Shown: positions 1 through 11,884 of the stretch, in pieces
Layout of the letters: each line of letters starts with the position of its first letter
How positions within the stretch are numbered: the first letter of the stretch is position 1
NCBI RefSeq assembly: GCF_037975245.1
Contig: NC_092575.1
Location: forward strand, 8,141,331 to 8,205,330
Length of the DNA stretch: 64,000 nucleotides
Direction: 5' to 3'
From: Apostichopus japonicus
Taxonomy: Eukaryota
Made by a program: the position numbers and the translations under genes
Notes under the pieces: generated by a model
What the model saw: the letters and a program-made list of their open reading frames with translations, nothing else
Databases searched by the model: none
Told to the model about the DNA's origin: nothing

Positions 1-465
1 TAAAATGTCTAATTTGGCACCAGCAATACGCCGTCCTCGACTACACTTGAACGCGCGAGATAACTGCTTTCGTCTTAAGAAGTAGAAAGACTAACAGCAT
101 AAGATGAAACAAACAGACTGCGTAACAGCTGTAGTTGCTTCACACTTCCTTCAAAACCAGAGTCCATCTTCATTATCATTATTTTTCGTCCACTGCTTTC
201 AATTTCCCCAAATTACTACTTTCGACGCCTCAGATCTCAATAGACATTTTGTTTCAGTCGTAATTAAAGACCACAACACACGACAACGACCCCAACATAA
301 CCTTGTGAAGCAAAACTGCATGGCCGTACGGTCGTATAAACTATATACAGGCTAGACAACGACCATAACCAGGATAGGTATATACGCTAGAATACTTGAG
401 TGAAATTGCTATATAGTCAGATCAAGTTAAGGTTATACAAACATTCCAAAGTGTCAATTTATGAG

Positions 466-490
466 TTTTTTTTGGGGGGGGGGGGGGGGG
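466..490. repeat. Homopolymer junction T8 followed by G17
   Basis: Read directly from the sequence: an 8-nt T run at 466-473 followed by a 17-nt G run at 474-490. Confidence 0.9.
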
Positions 491-3400
491 AGCATTACAT
501 TTGTTGCAAACAGAACGTTTGATACGGTTCGAATTTGTCCATTTATCGATTGAGAGCTCGACAACAACTTTCCGCATGTTATTACCAATAACAGTTGCTG
601 CTCCATATTGCAAAGATAAGGTGAATTCATCGGCTACTTTCGGAACTATTCGTAGAAATGTATAATGATTAGCTGTATCACAACATTGTCATTTTGGCGA
701 ACAGCCCCAGGCCACATTTTTGTGTATCAAACGATAGTTTTTCGAAGTAGAATGTATAACTATAACCATGGCAGGTAGGAAGTTTTGTGTCAAACCGAAA
801 GTTTTGAATTAATTTCCTCCACAAAGTTGACCTGAGTGAGAATCGTACGCCTCTTTATATGACAAAAACAACAGTTGCAATCATCAGACTGACGGCGCCA
901 AAGCGAATCTTAAAATCATCAATATAGGTTCAAAAAGAACCAACAACTCCTTTTCGATCGTGGGTTTATACAAGCTACAGTAGCAAACTCACACACAGAC
1001 GAAATGCTAGTTCAGTTCCCGTAAAATCTTTTAATTGATGTTGGTTGCCGCATTGGGGCTCTTAACACGTAATCAGAGAAATAAATCGGGCGACAATAAA
1101 GAACTTCTTGGATCTGGGGTAGTTATGGCTGTGCAAGATGTGCTGTAATTTGGTATTTTATATTTATTGTCGGGTAAAAAAAAGGTTGTTTGATTTGCCA
1201 AGGAATTCAGGACTTACATACTACTATGCTAATATATTCCAACTTCCTACACTAGGCGTAGACATCGTAAAACATTCTAAAAAAGAAGGCTTCCCAGCTC
1301 GATGTATAAGGTTTCGTCGTTTTGATCTTATTGCATAATTGAGTTTTGTTTTTGCCCTTTCCTTTATTTCCCATTTTCAATAGAAATTTCATTTGATGAA
1401 CAGAATATGAGATACATTAAAGTGCTAACTAAATACACATAACTGATCATTTACAATGATGTACTTTATGTTTCATGGGAGCATTATACAATTATACATA
1501 GAAGGTTTGAATAAGCTTAAATTAAATAACTTGAAAAACAATCTTGAAACCGTAATGATATATGACATCAAGCAAAAAGTGAAAACTTATGCAGAAATAA
1601 CATATAGCATCTAGAAGTTGTTTACACATCTTACAATTAAAAATTAAGTAGTTTGCATGTTAAATGTAGAAGTTAATTTGGTTAGTAGTATAATTGGTAT
1701 AGCCAAATCACATTTAAAATAAAAATCATTTCTAATAAGGACCCGTGAGAGATGTTGTTCCAAAATTGCTTAGTAATAACACAAGAACAAAGAAATGTGC
1801 TCTTTATAGATATCATCTTCATCCTTGCAACAAAGGGAGCAAAGAGGGGAATCTTTATAGAGAAAGTGTAATACCTATAACATTCTACTAATGAAATGAA
1901 ACGGGAAATATTGTATGTTTGAATCCCTTACTTACCCGCTATAATATGAATGGAATCCTGAAACAACGTTCAAAGAGTAACTTTTACTTGCGATTTCGGC
2001 TCCCACTTTCGAAATGACTTTGGCGTCGAGGCTTTGGATTTGGCAAAGTAATAATATAGGGAGCAACACGCTAACTGGTAGTTAACTGAACAAGTCGCAG
2101 AATGTTGTCACTTATTACATGATGTTACCGTATTTTCTGGGTATTTTAACGTATCACTAATGAGGCTAGTTTGATATATTATTTGCCTGCTTGAAGTCGC
2201 CGTTCTAATCTATGATCATTACTATAACAGATATCTGGTGACTATAAAGAAGCTACATCGGTTGTACGGTATTGCTATCATATCAACAAGCAGATAGGCT
2301 TGCCCGCAAAATCAGTTTTTGTTGCGTTCAGTTTCATGTGTCACGACGTGTCGCCTAATGTTGGCCTATAGTAACAAAACAAATACCTCCGAAGTCCTCT
2401 ATGTTTCATGACAGAGTTTAAGTTACTGAAGAGATGAGCATTTAAAATGTCTTTGAAAGAAAAAGAAAGAAAAAAAGAACAGAAGAAAAACCTGATATAG
2501 ACTAGATTTACTTTCACTAGATTAAACTATTTACTTTCACTCTGAAGAATGGAAGGCACAAACGGAATGAGGGGATCTCACCTCCTGTTGACACTAAATA
2601 TTACATCACAAAATATGAGGAGATTTCCATACTTTAATATTCCGTAAAATTCTCAATAATGTCTTATCTGATGAATGAATGAACTACAAAATCGATGGGT
2701 ATTTGGATGGATGGACGAATGAAGGATTGAAGGAATGATGAGATAGAAGGAGCGCATTGATATGTCAATTATATTTATAGGAGATATAAGTACCAATGTG
2801 ATATAATTATAACAACTTATTGAGCAAGTGGGAAATTCATGAGAAAACAAGTCATTCTAATTACCACCAATTAGCAAAAGAGAGATATTAGACTAATCAC
2901 TGAATGAAAGATAAGTGATTACTTTGTGTGAACCTCCATGGAAAACAAAACAAGCATAAAGTGAATAATTTTGCAACATACAGCATGGTGACAGTGAGAA
3001 GCAATGGGCAGTACACCATTACAATCAAATATATATGTACATGTAAATTCAGGTGTTAGTGCAACCAATGTAGACACTACTTAAGCTGTATGAATACGTG
3101 AATGCCCGTAAGTAATTAAATCATACTGAAACAGATTAATTTGTTTAATCGTAAACAATTTTATTTGCAGTCGTGTAACCATTAAAATCCCAAAGGTATC
3201 AACCACCCTTCCTTGGGTAAACAAAGAATAAAGATCTAATAAGCGTCAACAGGGAAGGTGCAAATTTGGCTTTAGACATTATGCACGTGATTTCTGATAC
3301 GTGCAAAGTGCAGCATAAGCGTGTTGTGTATCTATATAATGTACTTACGTTGTCTTATCCAAGCACACATATATATATAAAACTAATTAGACAATAGTAA

Positions 3401-3574
3401 GAATGTAGAGTGACATACTCAATATGTCAAGGATGAAAATCATGGATTATTTGGTTCTTGTTTTGTGCTTAAAAGCCATGTCATGCAATTTGATGAATAC
3501 ATAAAGATAGAAATATCATGAAAATGTGTTTCATTTTGAACCAATATCATCATACCAGCATGAACCAACTTTAA

Positions 3575-4310
3575 GGTTAAGCCCTGCCCATTCATTAATA
3601 TTCATACATGGGAACTAGACACAATATACCCATCACAGGGCATCTACCTCATAAGTATGACATTGATTCGACTTGTGTTGTTGAGATATCATGTTTACAA
3701 GCTGTTTGTGACAATTTCCCCTAAGGCCCCACTCATTATGAATACTAATGAGGTAAAAATCGTTGTTGCAAAGAACATGTTAATGTAGTTACATTACCAT
3801 ACAAAGTATAAACTGAATCGGACATACAGTGCAGAGATATTGACATTTTAAGAATTTTACGGTAAGCCCTTGACCACTCATTAATATTCATGAGATGGGA
3901 ACCAAAAGCAATAGGGCACATCTACTAATTGTAGGTCATCTACCTACCAAAATTGATCCAGCTTGTGTTTGTTGAGATATCGTGTTTTCAAGCTGTTTAT
4001 AAAAATATCCTATTAAGCCCTATCCACTCATGAATTTTTAATGAAGTAAAATTTGTTGTTGCAAAGAGCATTTACTTACTGTGTAGTTACATCACCATAC
4101 CCAGTATAAACCAAATCGGACATAATTATGGTTGAAGAGATATTGGCATTTTCAGAATTTTACGTTAAGCCCCACCCACTCATTATAATGCATGACAGCC
4201 CCACCAAAAACAATAGGGATCATCTACTGACCCTGCAGACTACTGTATACACCAAGTATGACATCATTAACATATTTCCTTCTTGAGATACCGTGTTCAC
4301 AAGCAGGGGT
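3575..4310. repeat. Tandem repeat, ~285-305-bp unit, ~2.6 copies
   Basis: Three successive diverged copies start near 3577, 3861 and 4167. They share blocks such as gagatatcRtgttYacaagc and gttgttgcaaagaRcat. The third copy merges into the interspersed repeat at 4270-4410. Confidence 0.8.
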
Positions 4311-4410
4311 GTCACACACTCACACAAACACCCATATGACAACTTGACTGCATAGGTGATCCGATGGATGTTAAAGCATCGGAACCAATCAAAAGTACCG
4401 TATAAAACAG
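4270..4410 (+). mobile_element. Interspersed repeat copy (SINE/MITE-like family), paralogous to 42790-42935
   Basis: The blocks gagataYcRtgttYacaagc...ggg..tcacaYacWc..acacaaacac...caacttgactgcataggt recur in the same order and orientation at 42810-42900, at about 80% identity by eye. Confidence 0.5.
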
Positions 4411-6705
4411 AAACGGTCAAACTTGCAACTTCCAAGTTAGGCTATTCTCCGTCCTTTCTTATTTTAAGCTTGAAAAAGGAATCTTAAGGTTTGTAATTTT
4501 ATGTGTTGATCCAGGAAAGATATGATATAAAATATAGGTGTAATAAAATCATTAGCTATAGTCTTAACATTATCAGTATCAATGGTCTCTGTCTTGCTGT
4601 CAGACCCACTGAACTCGATTGCGTCGCATCTATTACTTGAATTAAGAGGGCGCTCATTGTCTTATAACATTTTGAACCGCCGCGAGTCAACCGTAGACTC
4701 TGCATATACAGGTATACATCATGCATTACGGGTATGATTGGAGACAAGGGTACATATGGGGTTATTCCCCTTTAATTACATTTATAATTTAGGTGGTGTC
4801 ACTCATAAAAGTAAACAATCTCTTTGACATAATTATGACTGCAGGAGTTGTCACAGCTGTGTGTCACCATGGCTCCATAGGGTTTTCGCTCTTGTGTATG
4901 TATCTATACGTGCCAAATACATGTAACCTTTGAATACAGCAGCATGCATGTTGAAAATATGAGTCTTCTGATACTGTTTACAGCATATATATTACATCTG
5001 CAAATATTACTACTGACTGTGCGTATAGCGTCTCCATTAACGGACGAAAAGATAGAAAGAAACAAAATAGATAAACGTGAATAAGACCGTGTGAATGGTT
5101 CATAATTATGAGGAAAGTTTTATGTCAATATCCAGGACTTTTTACACTTAATTTCAAATAGTAAAACATTGCATGTATCTCATAACAGTTATTGTTGTCA
5201 ACTGACGTCGCTTCTTTCCGTAAGCTCATTATTTTTCTCCCCGCGTAGATGAGCGAACGGGAGATATTTACAGCTGTGTTCGTGTGAACCAAATTAACTC
5301 TATAACCAGTGTTTCATATATTATATCGAATGGATTTCCGTGTATGATTGGGAGTAGATTTACGAATTGGGTCAAGATTTTGGTGTCGTTGAAATGCAAG
5401 ATATACATACCAAATGAAAGGCGACGCGATTATCACACGACAATGGGGGTATAGGACATTGATGTAGGCTTCACTTAAAGGGATAGTGCATCGGTTAAGA
5501 CAACAAATGTACTATCGGTTATTATCACATCCGCAAATACCCAACATGAAATGAAAAAAAGGGGGTACCTGTAAAATGGATCAGTTCTGAGGGTTGCAGT
5601 ATAGCAAACCAGGTTCCTTTTATTCCTAAATTAAAAAATAAATATCTTGTTTGGTAATAATATATTTTAATTTTATATGGGCCTCCGATTCATTTACAAA
5701 AATATATAATGTTCCAGATATTTACAATTCGTTTTAGGCTATTTTAGTTTAATTAATTTCAAAATATCTATAATTGAATGGAAGATATCTGTTATTTCAA
5801 TAACTAAAGATTTTCAACAATCGCAAACATCTTAAACTGCCGATATGTTTAATTTTGGAACAAAGAGTAACTTGGCGTTCCAAAGGTTAGCAACCGATAC
5901 ATGACACTTTTTTTTTGTACCAGTGCATCAGAGCATATCCGAGTGTAACAGCATATCTGCAATATATATCATGCATAATATAGACCACTTAAATCATTAA
6001 TAAATTTAATAGAATAAAAGGTCGGCTGTAGACATGTTTTGACGTTGTCGAACGTGACGTCACGGGCAATTAGCCCGTGCTGCTCTGGTACGCAATCAGT
6101 GGGAGGTAAGCTAATGAGAGAAATAATGCCTCAGTAAAGTTTACATAACTTGCATTATCCGCTAGACAACGCAAATAACTCGATATAGATGAAACCAGAA
6201 CGGTACTTAATTGGTCATTCGAGGTTAATGAACAAACACATTGATCAAAATAACACGATAGCCATATACCTCAATAAATAACCATATAGATAGATATATC
6301 AAAAAGTGACCAGATAGCATTGGTAGCTTTCGGTTATAAGCGTCAACCTATCGGTGTGTTAACAATGGAGGGCACTCAACCCCATCAAGCTATACACACA
6401 CAGCATCATCAGGGGCGGACAGGATTTTTTATACTTATCCGTAGAAGTGAACAAAAAATTGATCTTACGGGTCACAGTGAAATTTGCAAAGTAAAATTAT
6501 TGAATGTTTTTCCTGTTGGCCATCAGTGAAAATTGTTGGCAACACGCGTAACGAAAATAAATAAATAAATAAAAAGATAATAAAGGTTCCACGGGCCTCA
6601 TTCATAGAGTTTTGAAAACAAGTTAACCTAGCGGGCCGCATTCAACTTGCTCGCGGGCCGCACTTTGTCCAAATGTGCTGTACACCGTTCGATCCAGTCA
6701 CCCCA

Positions 6706-6775
6706 CCAGATGGATGGATGGATGGTAGATAGATAGATGGATGGATAGATCGATAGATAGATAGATACCGAAAAT
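6706..6775. repeat. Microsatellite (GATG/GATA)n
   Basis: The run gatggatggatggatggtagatagatagatggatggatagatcgatagatagatagata is read directly. Confidence 0.9.
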
Positions 6776-9362
6776 CTTGAATATATTGATACGGAATGTG
6801 CGACAAACCAAAATCTTATGTAATGAATTCCTCCAGAGGGACATGCATGAACCAAACTATAAATTATCACACATTGAGAGATGGAAAAGGGGAGGGGGAT
6901 ATTAAGACCAAGAAGACAATGGCAAGACGAAATGCACTTATGCGTCATATGTGGATGGTTCATATCATGAAAAAATAGGATGCAGTTTATAACTCTTTTA
7001 ATATAAAGTAGTTTTTCTTTTACTCCGAAACTAATGAATAAATTAACATGGTACTTACCGTGACGTCAGGATGATCACATCTATTTTTGGTCTCTTGTGC
7101 CGCAAGGAGTTTTTATTTTAGTAACAGTTATCGAGGGCGCTAATCTATAACACGCCAAGATGAGCTATGTGCGAACAGGAAGGTGCTGCATATCATTATC
7201 ACAGATGGTGGGAAATAATGATCAGTATTTAGCCGTTTCATTATCTGATTTCAAACTTCGTCAAATTCCCACCATTTCACAACGAATGAAAATATAAAGA
7301 TTTTTCTGCAAATTTAAGCAATCATCTCATATTAAATAAGTTCTTCAATATGCAGGTGGCATCAGTACTGAAAGAGTAGCGTGACTTGACCAAAGCGCCT
7401 ACCTCCTTGTTAATTGACCAACGGGGATCTTTCATTATAACTATGCATTTTAGAATGCATAGACTTAGATTTTTCCTGCAAAACGCCCTTTTTTCCATTT
7501 CTTCTTTTTGTCTTTACTGATCAATTATAAACAAATGATAATAGATGATTGCTACCGCCGCTAAGCGGTAACGCCTTCTCATAAGACTCTCGTTTGAACT
7601 AACGTCATCATCAATGCAGTGTATTTTATGTCAAACTACTTGCTGACGCAGTTTCAAACCGTATCGTATGCGAATGGAAAATGTAACGTTGTCTCAGGAA
7701 GATACATGTTGACATTCTTCATTATATGTGAAACCGTGCGAATGTCCGATTATAATTCATATCGTTACCATGCCATTGTAAACAATGTGGTTGCAATAGC
7801 TGACTAACAGACAACCCTCAGCACACTCCTCAGGTCAATACACTATATCATGAACTTTACTCGTAACCATTCTGCGGCCTCAAATGAGTTTTCTCTCTTG
7901 TCACCTCAGATGTGTCCAATCTGTTACATTTAAATTGATGGGTCACTGTTTTTCTTTGAATAAGGGGGACCCAGTGAAGGGGCCTTGGCAACAAAGCGAT
8001 GGAAAATGAAGCTCCCATGTGGGACGTTCAGACCTAGGAGAAATCTATTTAAGAGGTTCCTAATTAACTGAAAGGCAATGTCTGTTTGAGTATTATTTCT
8101 ACGCTCAAGCCATCAAAATCTCCAGTTATTGGTTGCCGAGAATTGAACCATATAGTATATAGAGTATGTACAAATGGACAAAGCATTCAGTTTAAGAGAT
8201 TTGTAACGCACTGTTTAGCAGTTAGGCCTAATAGTTATCTATAGATTTCAATGTTAGGCTTTTGACCCATCCACAGCTCAACTAAAAAAATTGTACCATA
8301 AAGGTAATACAATTGCATACATTGGGCAGTTAAGAAATTAACTTAATTGAATAACAGTTCAAACCATTAATGAATTATTCTACGTTATGAAGAGGAATCA
8401 TTAATGCTTATTGAAATACTTAAAAAGGTGTGTTTCCTGAAACTTATCAATGTTTGTTTCCCTTTGAAGTATGTTATTTCGTTTTCAATTTTATCACCCA
8501 TTTTCAATGGAGAGAATGGCCATATTGGAATCTATGCATATTTGTATTTGCAAGATTAGCCAAGAAATTTGTCATTATTATCATGATGCGGTGGCATGTA
8601 GTTTTCGAGACAGAGATGAAATGACTCAAAATGTCAGCCTAGCCTGACTTTTACTGATCTGCAACATGATGATCATCAAATGATACACCACTACACACGA
8701 GTCCTTTCTTAATATTAAATGTTTGCGAAAATCTGGGGGAAACTTCACTATCTAATAGTAGTAATATTAGCTAAGAGTCTTCTAAATTAGCAAAATAATG
8801 GAAGGTGTCAGCACTCTCTGATTCATTAATTGGTTTCAATTTCAGAGCATAATTTGCTAATAATTCTTGGGCTCTGTCAGATTATAAGAAAGTCTGCACT
8901 TACAGCAAATATAGCAATTCCATAAAGCATATTACAATATAAACAAATGATAAAGACACTCTGGACATTGGTAGTTCTTTTGCTGTGCATTTTATATTTG
9001 TTGTACTCTTAACATCATACTATTCACTTCTTTGTATTAAGAAACCTTTAATTAGTATATTGCAAATGACTACAAGGTAATTTATTGTTGTTACTTCATA
9101 CGACAATGGTAATGTGGTAGGGAGCTCAATGGCAAGTAACAGTATCCACAAATGGAATGTGTATGTTACATGATATGGCTCGTAAACAAACAAGATATGG
9201 CTGTATTTTATCATTTGGTTGTATTACTTTGCGTCACTTTTACCCAGCCATGTAATATTCACAAGATAAGTGGATATCCTTCAATCTGACAAAGACACCT
9301 ATGTGGTTACAACAATTTGACTATCTGTATAACTAGCAAGTAGTGCAATACAAACAATTATA

Positions 9363-9660
9363 AAAAACGTCTTAGTATTAATAAACTTTTGCATTAAATG
9401 CCTACCTCCATCGTACAAAATGTCTTACTATTATCAAACCTTTGAATTAAATGCCTAACTTCTTATTAAAAACATCTTAGTATTAGCAAACCTTTGAGTT
9501 AAATGCCTTACTTCATTCTACAAAACGTCTTATTTAGCAAACATTTGAGTTAATTGCCTAACTTCATTTGAAAAAAAACCCATCTTATTATTAGCAACCT
9601 TTGAGTAAAATGTCTAACTTCATTCTACCAAACATCTTTAATGCAAACATTTGTCTAGTA
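9363..9660. repeat. Diverged tandem repeat, ~55-60-bp unit, ~5 copies
   Basis: The recurring unit is cttagtattagcaaacctttgagttaaatgcctaacttcattctacaaaacgt, with variants. Confidence 0.75.
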
Positions 9661-11725
9661 AGTGCACAGTAGGTCTCAATAGTAATTACAAAATTTTCCA
9701 ACAACTGAGTTCTTGGTTTCCTGACATTTTATGATTTCATACATTTACTAACAAGTTAATCATCAGTGATCCAAAGAATTTAAGATCTTGCATGAGTTTG
9801 TAAGAATTTATGCAGATAAAAATCTATGATGTCAGTTGCTGATTGTAATGAAAACATGCCATCGTCCAGCTCCAATACAAACGATAATCTCTTCCACTTA
9901 TAACCATTTTACTCCCAAGGAACAACAAACCATCTCTCACAAACATTAAGGGGAACAAATGTTACTAGTTTTCTATCATTTCAATTTCAAGAAGCATATC
10001 ATATTATTGGGTGTACAGAGAATCATTTTAGAGTAACATAAGAGAACACAAACTAGGAGATGAGGTGAAGTTTGATTGGGGTCCTGGGGATAGTGCTAAT
10101 ATGTATTAGCTGATATGGAAAATGTGAGTGTGTCAAACTACTGTACATTAAATGTTATCTCTTACTTTCCACATTACACAATGACATTAACATTTTTCTA
10201 CCTGAGAATTTAGTTTGTTACTTTTACGGTTAGATTAGAAATTGAGTACTTATCATAAGTTCAAGCAAGAAATTTGATAATTGTTCAATAATTGTTGCTA
10301 AGTCCTACCATTACACAAATATATGTTTTTATTATATGACTGTTGTTGCTGATTACACATATTGCACAAGGAATCAAGCTGCAATAAACCTGAAAATTTT
10401 GATTTGTTTCGTTACCTGCAGGACTAAACCTTCTTTAATGAAAGATAGTCATATTATATATATAAAGAACATTACTTGTTATTTTCAAACAACTGTATTC
10501 TGTTGATGAAATATAAATCTAGATACAAACCAGGATGATTTTTAAGGCAGGTTGTGTTATTATAATTAACTGGATTGAAAGTAGACCAGGTTGTTTCTAG
10601 AAATATTAAACTGAATCACCAAAGTACACTCATGATTCATTCTTCGTAGTGTAAACTAACCATTGATTATCTTTTCCCTTCATATTTTAACACTACATAC
10701 TCTGACAGTCATAAACAGGTCTTTAAAATTTGCTAGTCTATAGCATATTTGAAATGTTAACAACTGAAATACAGTCTAGCCTCTTGGATTTAAATTTGTT
10801 CTCATTATTTTCGTATGATTGTCTTTTTTGTGGTGCAGAGTTGTATAATGAACAAAGTATTGCACACAGTTCATGTAAACTATTACATAACACCACCATT
10901 ATTTCTGCATGGAATTCATAGCTTGGCATTGTATAGACACTGTATGCATTGGGCACTGAACTTATGTGCAACACATGGATGGTTTGGACAGGTCCACCTA
11001 CAGTAACCTATGAGGTTAGGAGAGCCATTTCTATAACATTAACATGTTCCAGATAGCTCTGAAAGTGATCTAGAGAACATTTGACTTTGAAATTTAAGGA
11101 AACTGATGTCTTATTGGTTGGGTCCTTGTTCACCTCGGAAGTGTGAGGGCTAGCCCGTTCAGATTTATTTTCAAGAACTTTTATACAAATTTGGCTCAAG
11201 TAGGAGTGATGCACCAACATATCTTCAAAGCAACACTAAGTTGATAGCGGATTACCATGCCTGCTGGAGGATAAATCAGTCACTACTGTGACAGAATTGT
11301 TGCATTTTGGGTGCTTGTGTTATGTGCAGTTTAGGAATGCGACCATCGCTAAAGTAGTCCAAAGATGTCTGAACTTCTTATTGAAGAAACTGCAACATGG
11401 AGGTGTTGTTGCTCCTCAAGTACATTCCTTTCTCTTGATCAGGCTTCTGTCTTACCTCTTGTCAATCAAAGTATAAAACATGCCAATCCCTTCAAAACTG
11501 CCATTTTGTAGTGGCTGTTTAGAAATGAAATGGTGTTCAATACCAGTCTGCATCTTCCATGGGCGTATGACTCATGATGAGAGACCAGAGGTAAAATATA
11601 CCACACAATGTCATCTGCATCACTCTAAACAATCGCACATCTCCCAAAAGTACCCAGTTTCTTACATCAATGTTAAAAAGCATAGTGTTCATTGGATTAA
11701 CTGAACTTTCAATGTTGTAAACTAC

Positions 11726-11884
11726 CAGTTGTGTATAGACAAAGAACAATGTCAGTTTGAGAGGCAGGGATGATGTTGAAGTGGTCTCTTTCTTGTTATG
11801 AGTGCTGCAACAGTAACTGCTAATGGCATCTTCATCCTCTGAGTCTGTCTCAATACTCCAAGAATCCTCCTCTTCCTTAGAAAA
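11726..11884 (-). CDS. Candidate internal exon (acidic, Ser-rich peptide FSKEEEDSWSIETDSEDEDAISSYCCSTHNKKETTSTSSLPLKLTLFFVYTQL), phase 0, 159 nt
   Basis: On the minus strand a polypyrimidine tract plus AG acceptor (ccttttgatttttgcag|TTTTCT) precedes an open 53-codon frame that ends at a CTG|gtagtt donor-like site. There is no homology support. Confidence 0.2.

Noticed and set aside
440-560. A box-B-like GGTTCGAAT at ~507 suggesting a tRNA gene
   Set aside because: There is no box A at the appropriate distance, and the surrounding sequence cannot be folded into a cloverleaf by eye. It is probably a chance match.
422-613. ORF encoding a poly-proline stretch (APPPPPPKK)
   Set aside because: The proline run is the translation of the G17 homopolymer. 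There is no other coding signal.
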